Part shown: piece by piece, positions 14,672 through 29,579 of the stretch
Position numbering within the stretch: position 1 is the stretch's first letter
Layout: each line of letters opens with the position of its first letter
Origin: Chrysomallon squamiferum
Lineage: Eukaryota; Animalia; Mollusca
DNA: 64,000 nt
Reading direction: 5' to 3'
NCBI GenBank assembly: GCA_012295275.1
Contig: CM022672.1
Location: 16,058,001-16,122,000, forward strand
Made by a program: the position numbers and the translations under genes
Notes under the pieces: model-generated
What the model was told of the DNA's origin: nothing
Databases searched by the model: none
The model's input: the letters and a program-made list of their open reading frames with translations, nothing else

Positions 14672-15039
14672 AAACAAATAAATAAATAAATAAATATGAG
14701 AAAACATCAGTTCAAGAACACAAAGTAATGTGATTTTTCAATGTCATCTCTGGTATTAGCTTCAGTTAATAAATGACATAATTTATCAGCCCTGAAGACA
14801 AAAACACTTGTAACCTCTACGTTTTTCTTTTTTTTTAAATTGACCTAAAAACACAAAGAAACAGAGATAAATTACTTTCTTCATGTCCTTAATAAGTGTC
14901 TACAGTTATTTGTTTTAGTTTACTGAAATCTTTTGTCTGAACAAAAAGCCAAACATTCATGAAAAAATTATCAGTAGTTTAGTATCTGTTAAATTATCCT
15001 AATATATTCTAGATAATATATTCAAAAAATACTTTGTGT

Positions 15040-15072
15040 TTATTATTATTATTATTGTTATTGTTATTATTA

Positions 15073-15124
<52 letters not shown>
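15040..15124. repeat. (TTA)n microsatellite
   Basis: Directly visible. Confidence 0.98.
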
Positions 15125-15127
<3 letters not shown>

Positions 15128-15326
15128 GTAGAAACAGAAATACAAATAACAAAACATCATTAAAAAAAGAAATACAATTCTAGTTGTGACTTTAATGGAC
15201 AATGATGATAAGCGTCTCTTTGAAGTAATAGTGTATATCTGTATTTGTGTGTGGTATGTGCATGCATGTACATACATGTGCCCCAAAAATGAATACTATG
15301 TTTGTACATATATGTAAATATGGGTG

Positions 15327-15357
<31 letters not shown>

Positions 15358-15898
15358 AACATACCAAAATGTATGTGTGCATATTTGCATATATATACAT
15401 ATGAATTTGACAGATATGTATGTATAATTATGTACGTATGATATATATGTTTGTATTATACAAACAGTCCATTGTGTGTGATACACATATTCTACAGTGT
15501 GGGATGTAATTAGGCATGCAGACATTAGACTTATCGAGTACCCAGTCTTACACGCTTGGTTCTGTGTCAGTTATCACAAACCAAGAGGTGCGTATCAGGT
15601 ATGCATAATAATTTTACCACACTTTCTGGCCTGTTCTTAATTAATTTGAACTCCAACAGCAGCGAATGCAAATGAACACACAGTTTCATATTACTGACGT
15701 TTGAATTTGTCTTATGCATCGGTGGATATAAAAACATACACACACACACATACACACATATATATATACATATACACACACACAAATACACACACACATA
15801 CACACATATACATATATACACACACAAATACACACATATATACACACAATTACTTACATATACACACATATGCATGCATGTATGCATACGTACATATG

Positions 15899-15930
<32 letters not shown>

Positions 15931-16068
15931 TATAATTGTGTGTGTGTCAGTGTATGCTTTTAAATGGGTTTATATACATATGAAATGAAATAAAGATATG
16001 AGGATTCTGTAATCTGACTTGCTTCCATACAACTTCACCTGCTGTGTCTTTCTTACTTTCTCTATTCT

Positions 16069-16069
<1 letters not shown>

Positions 16070-16116
<47 letters not shown>

Positions 16117-16144
16117 GAGTAATTGAGTGTGTGTGTGGAAAGAA

Positions 16145-16188
<44 letters not shown>

Positions 16189-16214
16189 GAGTAACTGAGT
16201 GTGTGTGTGGAAAG
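16070..16214 (+). repeat. Tandem duplication of (CA)n-aagagtaaytgagtgtgtgtgtggaaaga
   Basis: Two near-identical units of about 70 bp. Confidence 0.9.
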
Positions 16215-17400
16215 AGAAATGTCTATAAACATTTCAGACAGATAAATAATACACATGCACAATTTTCTATATCTGCATTCTTTTTGTTTCCAGATATATA
16301 GTTTTTCTTTCTTGTTTTAAATGTATATTAAATAACTAGAAAACAAACATGGCCACTTGTCAGATGTCTCAAATGTATTTACAGACATTCCTAGGGAAAT
16401 AATTCAAATTGTTTGTTTTTGTTATTATTATTTTTGTGGTTTCTTTGTAGAAGTATTTATTTTATTAAATGAAAAAAGTAAAGATTTTAAAAAGAAATTA
16501 ATGGAACATTTTCTGAAGCAGACAGACAGTGAGACAAACTGACAGACAGACAGATTATATATCAGGCAGGCAGACAGACAGAGTCAAACATAAAATAAAA
16601 CAAAATAAAATAAAATAAAATACAAATAAATGCTAAACCAAACTGTTTGTTTGTGTATACCTATACCAGTCTGTGTAAAAACTCTAAATCGAATCACTAC
16701 CTTTATTTAGACTGGGTGTCTATCTAACAATATATTAACACTAAACCAGCCTAGGTTTTTGTCTGTCTGAGTGCAGCCCATGAAGCAAATGAAAGACAAA
16801 AAGTGTTTATTTATGTATCCCTGTATCAAGCAATGTAAATAAACTAATACAAATCTCCAGCTTTATTTACATAACAACAGAATAAGCCAACAATACACAA
16901 AACTACTTGTTTGTATATTCAATGAATAGGCCATGGACCAAATATCAGATGTATTCTGTTATAAATAAAACTATTATATATATGTTACATTTTTATTTAT
17001 ATACATGTATAATACATTACGTTGACATTATACATAGCTGTTTATTTATGTACACCTATGTATAATTACATTACAGTAACAATATATAAAACTATTTATG
17101 TATAATAAATTCCACGATTTTTTTTTTTTAATTTCACTTTTTCTTCTTTATACTTGAAAATTATAATCACTACACAATTCAAAACTAATCTGTTGACATA
17201 AGTTTCAGACAATAAAAATCTTATTACCAATTATTTCTAAAATTATAGCTTCTTTTATCAAGTATTATATTTATTTTATTATTTGTTATAAAATGATTTT
17301 ATATTTTTCATTTTTATTTATTTATTGTTTATTGTTTATTTATTTTCATTTTACATTTTTAAATATTATTTTCTCTTTATTTTTATCTTTCTTTTAAACA

Positions 17401-17442
<42 letters not shown>

Positions 17443-17481
17443 TCACTGTCATAAAATAGCAAAAGTTCCCCCAAATTAAGA

Positions 17482-17516
<35 letters not shown>

Positions 17517-18310
17517 TGTCTGTCTGTAAATATATTACAAAGTTCTGCAGAATGAATGCAGTTTGAGACAGCGATATTTTATGACTAAATACTGTAAAGG
17601 ACAAACATTCTGAATATGCAAGAAAAACAGGTATTTAATTTAATGATAAATTACAAACAAGGGTGGAGACAGCAGATATGCAAATATTACAGCATATACT
17701 GTTTCTTCTGCTTCTTGTCTTATCACTGTGTGTGTGTGTGTGTGAGTATGGCTATATGTGTCAGTATGTATGTATGTATGTATGTATGTATACGCATGAT
17801 TATGGGTTCATTTATCTGTATTTATATACATATCTGTTTTTATGCATGTGTGTGCATGTGTGTGCATCCATGCATGTGAGTACGCATTGTGTGTGTAGTT
17901 AATTATATATTCATATTCACTCTCAGCTATGAATGATGTAAAACCATAAACTCTTTCAAAATGTTTATGACAATGTGCTCATAGTTGCCAAAGTAATTTA
18001 CAAAACATCCCATCTCACTTGTTTTACTGCATCAGTGTAATAATAAATTCCTGCATTCTGGCAAATCAACAAAAAACATCAAAGGAAGGAAAGGGTTTGC
18101 CGTGTTATTTATTGAAATTATTTCTGCTGGAGAGCTATTAGTGCTGTTACAATTTTCTAGAATTACCACAACACTTCTGAGAAAGATCTGAAAAAGGAAT
18201 TTCTTTTTCCAAGCATATCATTAATTTGTTATTAAGAGCAAAGATGTGATATCTGATGAAAATCAAGGGTATTAAACATGGTCAGTAATGGAAGATTACA
18301 AACAACTTAC

Positions 18311-18357
18311 AGTTCGGCCAATGTCAATGTCATCATCAAGCAACTCCAAGTCGAATT
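18311..18357 (-). CDS. 47-nt internal exon of an unidentified large minus-strand gene; most plausible frame (phase 1 in, phase 0 out) encodes x-FDLELLDDDIDIGRT
   Basis: Minus strand reads ...catttttgtttttcttctttcAG|AATTCGACTTGGAGTTGCTTGATGATGACATTGACATTGGCCGAACT|GTAAGT: long polypyrimidine acceptor and consensus donor. Two frames are open (the other is NSTWSCLMMTL...). Protein family not recognised. Confidence 0.65.
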
Positions 18358-18659
18358 CTGAAAGAAGAAAAACAAAAATGATTTAGTAAAGCATTTACCT
18401 GAAGATTGTGTTTAAAATGATAAGTAAAATACTGCTTATATATTTCTGTTTTTCTCAACACAGACAGACACAATTTATAGTCCATACATACACATATAAT
18501 TGCTCAGAACAATGTTATTATGATACTAGTAAAACAAACATGGTGACTTAAATCAGTATAGCAGCTTTTATGAAATCCAAAAATCACTTTTCCTTCTTGT
18601 CAACAGCAAACTGGTCAAATAAAAATATTACGCTTGTTTTTGTGTTTTTTTCAACAACA

Positions 18660-19250
18660 TCCAAAGAGTGGAAGATACATAACAAACGATAGTGTGATAG
18701 TAAATACATGATATATTCTGTGGCTGCAATTTAGTTCCCAGTAAATAGATAATTGTTAAAAGATTAATGTTTTCTCAGCAATATTCAAAGAACAGAAGAT
18801 ACACAACAAAAGGTAGAAGGGTGGTAAATACAAGATCTATTCTGCAGCCATCTTGAATTTAGGTCGTTTTCAAGAAATGTGTAACTGCTGAAAGATTAAT
18901 GTTTTCTCACAAGTATAAATAAAATAAATGCAGCTGTAAGATGGCAAACACATCACAGACATTTAGCAGTTATATTATATTTTTTCAACAATTGTTTTTT
19001 TCTAAAGATTTAACAGTCAACTATAATAATCTTGATTGGATTCTGCATGGCAGCCATCTTGCATTTTGTTTCTGTTCCAAGATTCCACTAAAGAAAGAAT
19101 CATATTTCCTCTGCAAATATCTGATTATTATTACGACTGATGACAATGTTGCATTTTTCTTCAATTTTCTAAAGCCGAGAATTGTTCTATGATAATTATT
19201 TATAGATCTTGGAGATGGTGAACATGGCTGATGTTTTATTTTAGGTCTTT
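18660..19250. repeat. Degenerate tandem duplication (about 130 bp) with GCCATCTT motifs, possible decayed DNA-transposon remnant
   Basis: gaagatacayaacaaa...gtaaataca.gat.tattctg...aaagattaatgttttctca occurs twice. gcagccatcttg occurs at about 18844 and 19050; aagatggc at about 18938. Confidence 0.45.
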
Positions 19251-21550
19251 TATTTTTACATTTATACAATGACCAAAGATGCAAATAAATAAAAAAAGAT
19301 TTCTAAAGATGTATGAAACAGGTAAATAGTTTATTAATTTTCCATAGACAGCCCATGACTACAATTGTTCACTCAAATCAAAGCGACAACAAACACATGC
19401 AATACCTCTTTATTAACATAATTAAACATAATCACACCACACCAATAGCAGTTAATAATTTGGAAATTCTTGTCAAAACCAGCTGACAACCACCACCAGT
19501 GAGATTTATCAGCAAAAGACCATTAAGGCCTTATCGTATGTCTATTCTATTCAGCTTATCTTGTGCCATCTTTGACGAAAGCTTTCAGAAAGGAAGCCAC
19601 TGTCAAGATAAGATGGTGTAATAACGTTAATGTCTGTTGCCAAACACTGCAGAATGTTCAATTACCAGGCTAATAAGCCGAGTTACATGCACCCCCTGCA
19701 GTCCATGCTCCCTCTAACACTGTTTCCATTTACAGGAATTAATAAAGTATTTATTGTTATGAAGCATCTTTAATATACAAACACAAAATGTATTTATCTG
19801 AGGTATCTGTGGTGTACTGCATGTTTATATGAAATAACTACTACACACTTTTTAAATGTATATCAGCAGACAACAATATATAGTGTATGTAAGTTAAATA
19901 TCTAAAGTCGTCAGTGTATTTATATTAAATATCTATAATATTCAGTGTATTAGTATAAAGTATTTACACTTTTCTTTTCTACAAAATTAAAGATCTAAAT
20001 TTATATATTCTTTAGTTAATTCTTTTTAAAATCCTTTTCCATTTTTTCTGGTTCAAATTTACATTTATTTAAAAAAATAAAAATAAAAATATTAGTCTTC
20101 TTCCCCTTCCATTTTAGATTTTTTCAAAGATGCACGCTACAAAAAAACAAAAAACAAAAAAAATCCTATACCTTTCTTTATTTTTCATTCCAAATTTTAT
20201 AACTTTTCAAAGTTGGAGGCTGCATCTATTCATCATCTTTGCAGAATAAAGGAAATTATAACATTTATCTGTGAATGATCAGTCAGCAAAATGAAATACA
20301 CTGAAAGCATTTCACAGTTAGCAGTGAAAAGAACGTGTGACTAGGAATTTTGCTTATTCTTTATTTTGATTACTTTTGACTTCTGCTTGTTTTATGGGTT
20401 TGGCAGACATTTTATTTTCTTCAGACAGCAAAAAAACTGACAGCACCATCACATCAGCTTCTTCAAGTAAATGGATGTGAACAGCTCCATAACTGAACAG
20501 TGCTGGCATAAAGTTACTCATTAGTTCCACCATTCAGTCAAAGTTGAAGTTTTCATTTTAAAATTTGTGTTTATTTATTCATTTCATTTCATTTTTGGGG
20601 GGGTTTGTTATTAATTATTTTATTTTATTATTATTATTTAATATTATGATTATTATGATTTTTGTTTGTTTGTTGGAATGACATAATATAAGGATCACAA
20701 CAAAATGCCATTAAAAACATACATATTCTTTATTAATTTTTTTTTATTAGTTTATTCATTTATTTATTTTATTATTATTACTGTTTTTTCATTGAGGATT
20801 GTGGTTTAAATGTCTAAATAATTTTAAGAACTGTCTTTTTTGTTGTTCTTGCTTTTTATTTCATGAATTATGTGACACTGAATCTTTTAACATTTTCTTT
20901 TAAGCATTAATGATATAACAGTAATTTTTGATATTGCCATTTCTTAAATTATTATTATAATGTAATATTAAAAATGTATTTATGTGCTGGTATGTAAAAG
21001 CATTCAGTTCAGTATAAAAATTCACAATCACCTAATACAGTTATATTGTCTTCTGTTAGAAAAATCATATCTATAATATTTATACATAAAAGATTAATTC
21101 ATCCAAGGCAAAAAAAAAAAAAAAAAAAAAACGATAATAAAAGTGTATGAACATAGTATTAGGTAAAGATAACAATTAAAAACAAAACCACTTCAGTAAT
21201 TTTGTTTTTCTTCTGTGTTATTCAAAAACAGGCTATTATTAGAAGTGAAATTTTTATCTATGTTGAGTGTGTAAAAAAATGTTTAAACTGTGCTATTTTT
21301 AAATAGCAGCTTAACATAACTATGACGTGAAAACTATGTAAATACTTAAGAGATAAATCTATTTCTTTCACACAGATGCTGACAGCACTACATCATCCAT
21401 TTATCTTCGTCTAAAACTACACCAAAGTAGAAACCTACCTGTTCTACTAAGTAATTTGCAGGTAGCAGATACCAGTGTATCTATCCCATTAGGATAACAA
21501 AAATAAAAACCCGTTACAAAACAGACAGAATATTTTTTAGTTTATATTAC

Positions 21551-21930
21551 CATACATGAGCTGCTATTAGTTTGGGAAATCAGTCAGGATGTCCGCAGAT
21601 GTAAATAATCCCAGTACCTATCAAACACCAGCCAAACAGGGGTATTACTATTACAGAAACTGGCGTAAAGTTCACACGGTACACACACCAAGGTATCAAA
21701 AATATTTATTACATACAAATCAAACACCGAGGCAAGCTCATCCACAGAAAGCTTGACAACTACGGTTGAGCGGACACAGGGGGGGGATGTATGAGAATCG
21801 GTGAGGCATGAGGAGCAATTTGAACCTCACACAACTCTTTCATGGCTTCACAATGGCGTTGAAAAGATGGTGATTTAGCCCGCACAAAACTCTACTGATC
21901 CCAGCTCTCAAAGCATGCACATTCTTCAAT
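21551..21930 (-). other. CpG-retaining island, candidate 5' exon ending ATG TAT G|gtaata (phase 1)
   Basis: Many CpGs relative to background. Minus strand ends ...cagctcATGTATG|GTAATA, 3.2 kb upstream of the 47-nt exon and in a compatible phase. The donor is non-optimal. Confidence 0.2.
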
Positions 21931-24885
21931 GGGTGTTTGTGAAGGTGCTGAATACATGATGAATCGGGTAACATTTGTCAAAAAAATAAAAAAAATAAAA
22001 AGAAAGAAGAAAAAAAAATGGATCTTCGTCACAAATGTTGATGACACAAGGAAAAAAAAAGAAAGAAAAAGAAGCTTTTAACACAGTTGTGGTTTCAGAT
22101 TCCAACGTTTTATCAAGTGTTATGAAAGACGACATTGTGCTTTTTTTTTTTTTTGTCTCTCTCCTTACTGCTTCAACTTGCCTGCAAGACTTTTCTTCTG
22201 TTTTCTTTTTTTTTTATTCTTTCCACCCCATCCCACCCATGTTTCTCAATATTTGTGAAGCTATGCAACAGCCACCACCTGCACTGTACATGTTGTTTGA
22301 GACACCCTGCTGGTTTGGCAAATTGGATTAAAAATGTCAAAGCACCACTCACTACTGTTTTGACAAAATTAACAAAACCATGTTGAAAAGAATTTTTTTT
22401 TTTTTTTTTAAATCTTCTTTTTGGCCGTTTGAGAGAATAATCAGTTCTCAATGAGCTAGTCAAGTAAGAAAACAGCAAATAACGTGACATATGTTTCTTT
22501 ATAAGGGCTCAATCATGTTTAAGATGATGGCAAAACAAACTTTTAAATGCAACATTTCTCTCTTTCACATACATATTGCTACTTTCATAAAGGAATGTTA
22601 TATGGATGTAGAGATATTCTGGTTACATAACTACACATACACACACACAGATATGTACTGTGTGTGTATGAGTGTTAATGTGTGTACATATGTTTTTTTA
22701 TGTCTAGTTTGTATCTGTGTGTGCATGTGTGTGTGTGTGTGTGTGTGTTTGTGTGAGTGAATGTGTGTAAGAATTTATATGTTTGAATGTATGTATACAC
22801 AGATATATGTGTGTACACATATATGTATGTGTATATATGTCTATAAATGTATATATGTGTGTTTGTGCACATGAATTTATATATATATATATACAAATAA
22901 GAATATAAACACAAAACTTATAAGTAGGTACATACTTATAACTGAATACACAAAAACAAACACAGGTTTATTTTTGTACACATTCAAACCATTTTCACAT
23001 GAACGCATCCAGACAAAAGTCACACATGAGTGACACTGGACACACATGATTGCAATCACTGGTGTATGTTACAAGCATCATCATCTATGTTACTTCCCAG
23101 TTACACACAACCAGACACCTGAACCTGTTCTGTTGATTAATTACCTTTCCTTTAATCTCCTATCTTCATACAGGTAAAGCAATACATTTTTCTGCTCATC
23201 TACCTTGCATTTTTTTTTTTTTTTTACCTTTATGGACTCATTTGTTTTTACCTTTAATTTTAAGTTTTATATGTTCATTGATACCCTCTTTTACATTATT
23301 ACACCTTTATCATACTACCAGTACTCACCTTTATAAATTCAAAGCTTCACCTGGACTCTTCAACCGAAATATATTTTAAAAACTATTCTTTTTAAGTAGG
23401 TCAGTACTGTATTAATTTCTAATACGTAATTAACTGAGGTGTTTTGTTACCTGGTGAAACTGTGTGGTTGTTTTCTTGTGCGGTCATGCATGGAAACAAC
23501 CGTTATAACTTTATCATGAAAGACTTTATAGATATGTTGTTTTACTTTTGTTTTTAAATATTAGCAGCAATATATTTTGTAATCATATTTTTACAACTAT
23601 AAAACTTAGAAATAAGTAGTTCTCTACATAATTTTTTTTTTTTTTTTAAACTATGAGTTGATAATGTATTCTGTACAAAGGTAGGCTTTAATAATAATTT
23701 AATGCTTAAGTTAATGCAACATTATCATTACTTTTATTTTTTTTAAATTTTATTAAGGAAAACAAAACAAAATAGAAAAAAAAAAAATTGCTAAAAAAAA
23801 CCCATATATAAACCTGTTTTATAATCAAGTTCAGTGGTAAAACTGATAAACCGCAGAATAAACATTATGTTAATTTTTCATGCATTTTACTGTTTGTAAT
23901 TTGCATATTTAAATGAACTCGAATCATAAACATTGACACACATGACTGAAAAAATATCAAAATTTACACAAATGTGAAATGAAAAAAAAAAAAAAAAAAA
24001 GAAAAGAAATTTAATTTTTTATTCTGTAAATTCAAAAGAAAAAATAATAAATTGATGTTTTGGTATATTATTATATTTTTATTGCAGAATTTCTTCACAT
24101 CTAAGAGATCATGATTTATGTTTTTTCTTTGCAGTGTTGTTAAATTTCATTTTAAATTATTGATAGTCTGCATCAATAACAACAGTGGCAAAAGAACAGT
24201 ATTCAGGGTCACTGTTGCAATATTTAATATCCGCTATGTGTTATATTTATTTCAGAAATAAAATTATAAATTGGAAAAAAATAAAAGAAGAAAGAAGTTA
24301 AGCAATTATATATTTTAAAATTGAATATTTTAAAGATTGAGGGGAAAAAATTAAAATTAAAGAAGAATTTTTTCTTAGCAGTTATTTATCTCAAAACTAA
24401 AAAAAAAACCTAACAGTTTAAAAATATAAAATAAAAATATGAAGAAAATAATTGAAAATCATTAAATTATAAAAATAAAAAAATAAAATGAAAAAATGTT
24501 GAAAAAGTAACGAAGAAATATGAAGCAATATATATGGCATGTAAAAGGTGAAAAAAGAAAAAAGAATGTTTTTTGCTTGTTGTTGCTTTAAATTATGAAA
24601 TATGATTTGGTTATTTGTTTAATATTTCTGTTGATACATTCATGTTTTAATGTCTTATTTTACAAACAGAATTCCATTTTTCATATTTCTCTGACAAACT
24701 GACATTTTTAAGGTTTCAAACAAACTTCAAAAGCATACCTTTCAAAAGTAACATACAAACACATACACACATCCTCAATTTCATAGTATCATCTTAGGTT
24801 AAACAGCAGGAAATATTTTATTAATATAATGATATAGAGGCTTGTGCAGAAAAAAGTAACACAAACTTTCACATACATATTACTG

Positions 24886-24888
<3 letters not shown>

Positions 24889-24969
<81 letters not shown>
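24889..24969. repeat. (CT)n microsatellite
   Basis: Directly visible. Confidence 0.99.
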
Positions 24970-24972
<3 letters not shown>

Positions 24973-25283
24973 CCCCCATCTCCACTTTCCCTTTCCCTAT
25001 TACAAGCTTAAAGTAATGGCAGTATTTCCTTACTCTGCCTGCCTGCCTCTCAAGTGTCAGATGACATTGCAGAGAGGTGGACAGCTTGGAAACTTATCAA
25101 GTTTCTCTTCCTCACTCCCACTGCCTGCTACATTAAGATCACTGACTTCTTGCTTACTTACGTTCTCAAGTAGGTCATGGGTTATTAGGTCCACATTGTA
25201 TAAAAAGATGCTCCCAATGTACGCCTCTTTTAAAGCTGTATAACCCATCTTGTGACTTGCTGTTTGTGTTTGAGAAGATATGT

Positions 25284-25339
<56 letters not shown>

Positions 25340-27759
25340 ATAGACATAGATATGGAGACTGATCAAAAGAGATAGAGAGATAGAGAGAGAAAGAATACAT
25401 ATTTATTTCATTATACACAAGCAGACTATTGAAATGAACTGTCTGTATGGTTGTGTCTTTAGGTTTATTTTATATCTATAAAAAAATTGATATTATATCT
25501 GTAACTGATTAGAAAACTGGCTACGACTATGAACGAAATAAGCTGAGACAGACAGACAGACAGAAATGGCATAAAAAGAGTAATAAAGATAAAAGAATTT
25601 TGTTCTAAAGCAACAAACAAATCATAATTTATTACAAATGTCTTTAAACATTTTCTTTAGAATCTTTTAATCCTTGTGTTTCCAAGATGTAAAAATGTGC
25701 AAAATGCATAGCTGTTTCCTTCCTGAAATCTCAATCAATAAGCTACATTCCTAGCACAGTGCACCATGTCTGACAAATTCAATTTAAAAAAGGTATTCGA
25801 AGGAAAAAAAAATTAAATGGATTACAACATCAAACACAATCTCCATCAAGTTTATCCTCTAACTTAAAGAAGTTATATCAGAAAAAGGCACCAGATGTTG
25901 TGGAATGCTGTAGGATAACTTCAAAACTTCACTAATTTCATTCCAGAGATTTTTATTTCACTTGGTATGAAGAACAACACAGAATTCTTTTTCAGAAATT
26001 GTATTAATGTAATAAATAACACAGAACATTAGTCATCATTATCTGCAGAGGCTAAAAGGAAGATGGGTTAGAGGTCAAGGTAAGATGAAGATTACCTACA
26101 AGAAAGTATGTCTTTAATTAACTAAAAACAGAAATTGTCCTGATATGATATTTTAAATTAATTTATAGTAGTGGTGGTAGCAGTAGTAGTAGCAGTGGTA
26201 AAAGTAGTAGTAATAGTAACTGTAGTGGTGGTGGTAGTAGGAGAAGTTGCAGGAATATTATTAATAGTAAATTTATAGAACTATGTACTTGCAAAAAAAA
26301 ATTACATATTTGAAATTAAAACCTTAGTTGTAAAGAAAGCTTTCATCACAGAATATATATTATTTCAGAAATAATTTATGTCTCAACATAGGCAACTTCA
26401 AACTGTAAATTGTATTTTTTTGTTAAATCCTTATATTTTTTTTTTTTTTTTTTTTTAGTGAAACAACTGTTCTCCATTATTTGTTATTCCATCTCTTTCT
26501 CTATCATTCGTTACTTTTATCAATCTCTCTGTCTGCTGCAAGTAATAAAAGTTTTTCTTTCTTTCTTTGAGAAAGCAAAGAAAGAAATAAAATTAAAAAA
26601 AAAAGAAAAAAAAAGTCATTCACTAAACTAAATTCTTTATCTAGGTTTTTTGAAATCTGAAACCAGATTTCAGACATGTTTAATTTTTCAAACAGAACAG
26701 CAATGGAACATTGGAGAGACTGTCATTACATCTGGTATGCACAGATATTGAGAGTTTCTTTCTTTCCTTTTTTTTTTTTCTCTTTCTTTTTTTTTTCTTT
26801 GATGAACTAGTAAATCATAAGATTTAGGGTCTTTGTTTTCATTTTTCCATTTAACAAGAGAAAGCTGACATGCTATTCTTCTACATTTCTGACATGTGAA
26901 CATTAATAATTCATTGAACCAAATTATCTGCAACAGGAGACAATGTACACCTGTGGAAATTGGTTTGGTCATGCGAGTTTTCAGATAATCACATTGTTGT
27001 TCTGAGATTGTTGTTATTGAAATTATTGCTATTATTACTACTGAAATTTTTATTGTTATTATTATTATTATTATTATCTTCATTCAAATTTTTGTTGTTG
27101 TTGTTGTCCAGTTATCAAATTGTTATTGGTAGTAATATCATCATCATCATCATCATCATTTTTATCATCATTAACAAATAATTATTATTTCCTTTATGAT
27201 TATTATTACTCTTTTTATCAGATCTTTATATTATCAAATTATTATTATCGCTATTGTTATCATCATCATCATCATTTAAACAAAAACAATTATTCTAGAA
27301 GCAGCATGAATTATAGTGAGATAATAACAATCAATTAATTACACATAAACAAAATACTTTTTTTTCTTCTAAAATATAAACTCTGTATTTATTATAATAA
27401 TATCTGTATTTATCTTGTTGACGTATTATTATGCAAAAAAACACACACAAATGATGAATTTCATTTATCACATAACCTGTCAGTTTAGTTTTATTTAAGT
27501 AATAAACAAAACTGTAAAATGACAACTTATTTCTGCTAGTGAATACATATACACATTGCACCTCACCTGAAAAAACAACCTGTCACTGTATATGTATGAA
27601 ATGTCTAACCTTCAAAATAAATTCTGCAGCTAAAACAAACAAGTAAAAAAACACTCGTAGATTAAATGACTGTTAAATTCACATTTAATCAAACGAAAAA
27701 CAACAACAACTGGAATTCAGAACACCAATGTAAGTGAGGGAAAATACAGTGAATTCAAT

Positions 27760-28005
27760 TTTTGCCTGAACTGAAACATGACTAAAATGAAATGAAAGAC
27801 ATGACTGAAGTGAACTGAGATTAAAATGTCTGAAATGAAACATAACCGAAATGAAACATGACTGGAAAGAATCATAACTAAAATAAAGCTTGTCTGAAAT
27901 GAAAAGAAAAATACAACTAAAATGAATTGTGACTGAAATGAAACATAAATTACAACTGAAATGAATTGTGACTGGAGTGAAACATGACTGGAGTGAAACA
28001 TAAAT
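27760..28005 (+). repeat. Degenerate (gaaat/gact)-based satellite; similar tract at 29975-30100
   Basis: Recurring ctgaaatgaaacatga-like units. Confidence 0.75.
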
Positions 28006-29523
28006 TATGTCACCAACCTAAACAAGAACAAGTCAGTGGCCTGCAAACACTGCTGAAAATTTTCATAATTTATGTGAGGAAATAAATTTCATTTCAGTGA
28101 ATGTTGAATTTTATTTCCTTGAATTTTACAGTTTTGTTTGTCATTAAATGTAGCTGAAATAAAGACTCAGAAACAAAATTTGTCAATATCAACAGCAATA
28201 AACATAGCCATGTTTGTAAACACTTTTGACAGTTACAAGTATTTTATGAAACTGGTATATAATTTGCACATTCATGTCTCCAAACAGATGATTGATTTAT
28301 GTGCTGCTTATGCAGTTATATGATATAAACAGTCTGTTTCATGAAAAATTAAAACTTGAAGTGGTTTTACCCCCTACAACCAGTGAATTACATAGGTCAA
28401 AACTTGTTCTACATTTAATTCAATTTTATAACTGACACTGGAAAATTACCTGTGGCAACTTATGGTTTTTTTTGTTTTACTTATTTATTTAAATTTTCAT
28501 TTGCATATTACATAATGCAAGCAAGACTTTTGTTTTTCACAAAAAAACACTGACTTCAGTTCAAAAGACTGAAACTCATTTTGCCAATACTGCATCAGTC
28601 CAACTTTAGTTTTTATTATTATACAGTTGCATTCATTATTATTATTTATTATTACATCATGCTTTACATTCATTTTCTAACAGTCAGGAGAGTACATTCC
28701 ACTGTCTTTAATAAACTAGTGGTAAATAGCTGGCTGGATTGGGAAAAAAATCCAAAGAGAGTGCTCAGCAGGACTGTCTTGTTAACATATCAGTTTACAG
28801 AAATTCACATACAACAACAGATTTTCATGTTTTTAACCTTCTAGATGCTGTGTCAATGAAAATATATGGATACAGCATTAAATGAAAACTAATTTCAGAA
28901 AAAATGTCCTTGCTTTTAATCTGTTTGCATTAACTACGTAGATATGATCATGTGACAGTTGTGGGGAACTATTCAGAACTGGAATTACATAATAGGAACT
29001 TTAAAAGTGTCGGTCCTTGAACAAGAAGGAACTTGTTACAATTATGCTCTGTTAGAAGAATAAAATGAAAATACAGATAAAAGAAATAAACTATATTGTA
29101 ACGATTCTAGCATACAAGTGTCTAGTATTAACAATAACAGGTAAAAGTTGTGTGAAGAACTGGCTAGAACTGGAAATGACCAAAACTGAAGTTTATGAAA
29201 GATTGATCTGTCACATCTTAGCACTGTGAGAAGACTACATTGAAAATATAGACTTAAGGTGTATTGTCAGGTATTTGCACTGGTGTCCTGGGGTGACAGG
29301 TCAGTGGGTGTATCACTGTAAATGACAACACCTGTTTGTACAAATAGCTTCATACAGGAGGTGTTTGCTTAAACAGATTCAGATTAGTCTCCATTGTTTT
29401 GTTGTGTGACTTCTCTCCTTTCTTTTTCTTGGGTTTGTTATGGCACACATTGCCATGTGCAAAGCAGTGCATGTGTGAGTGAGTGAGTGAGTGCATTTCT
29501 TAATGCTTGGACAAACATAGATA

Positions 29524-29579
<56 letters not shown>

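Noticed and set aside
26651-26672. Short hairpins (TGAAATCTG-aaac-CAGATTTCA; also about 13065-13090 and 45105-45122)
   Set aside because: Stems of 8-9 bp are expected by chance in 64 kb of AT-rich DNA.
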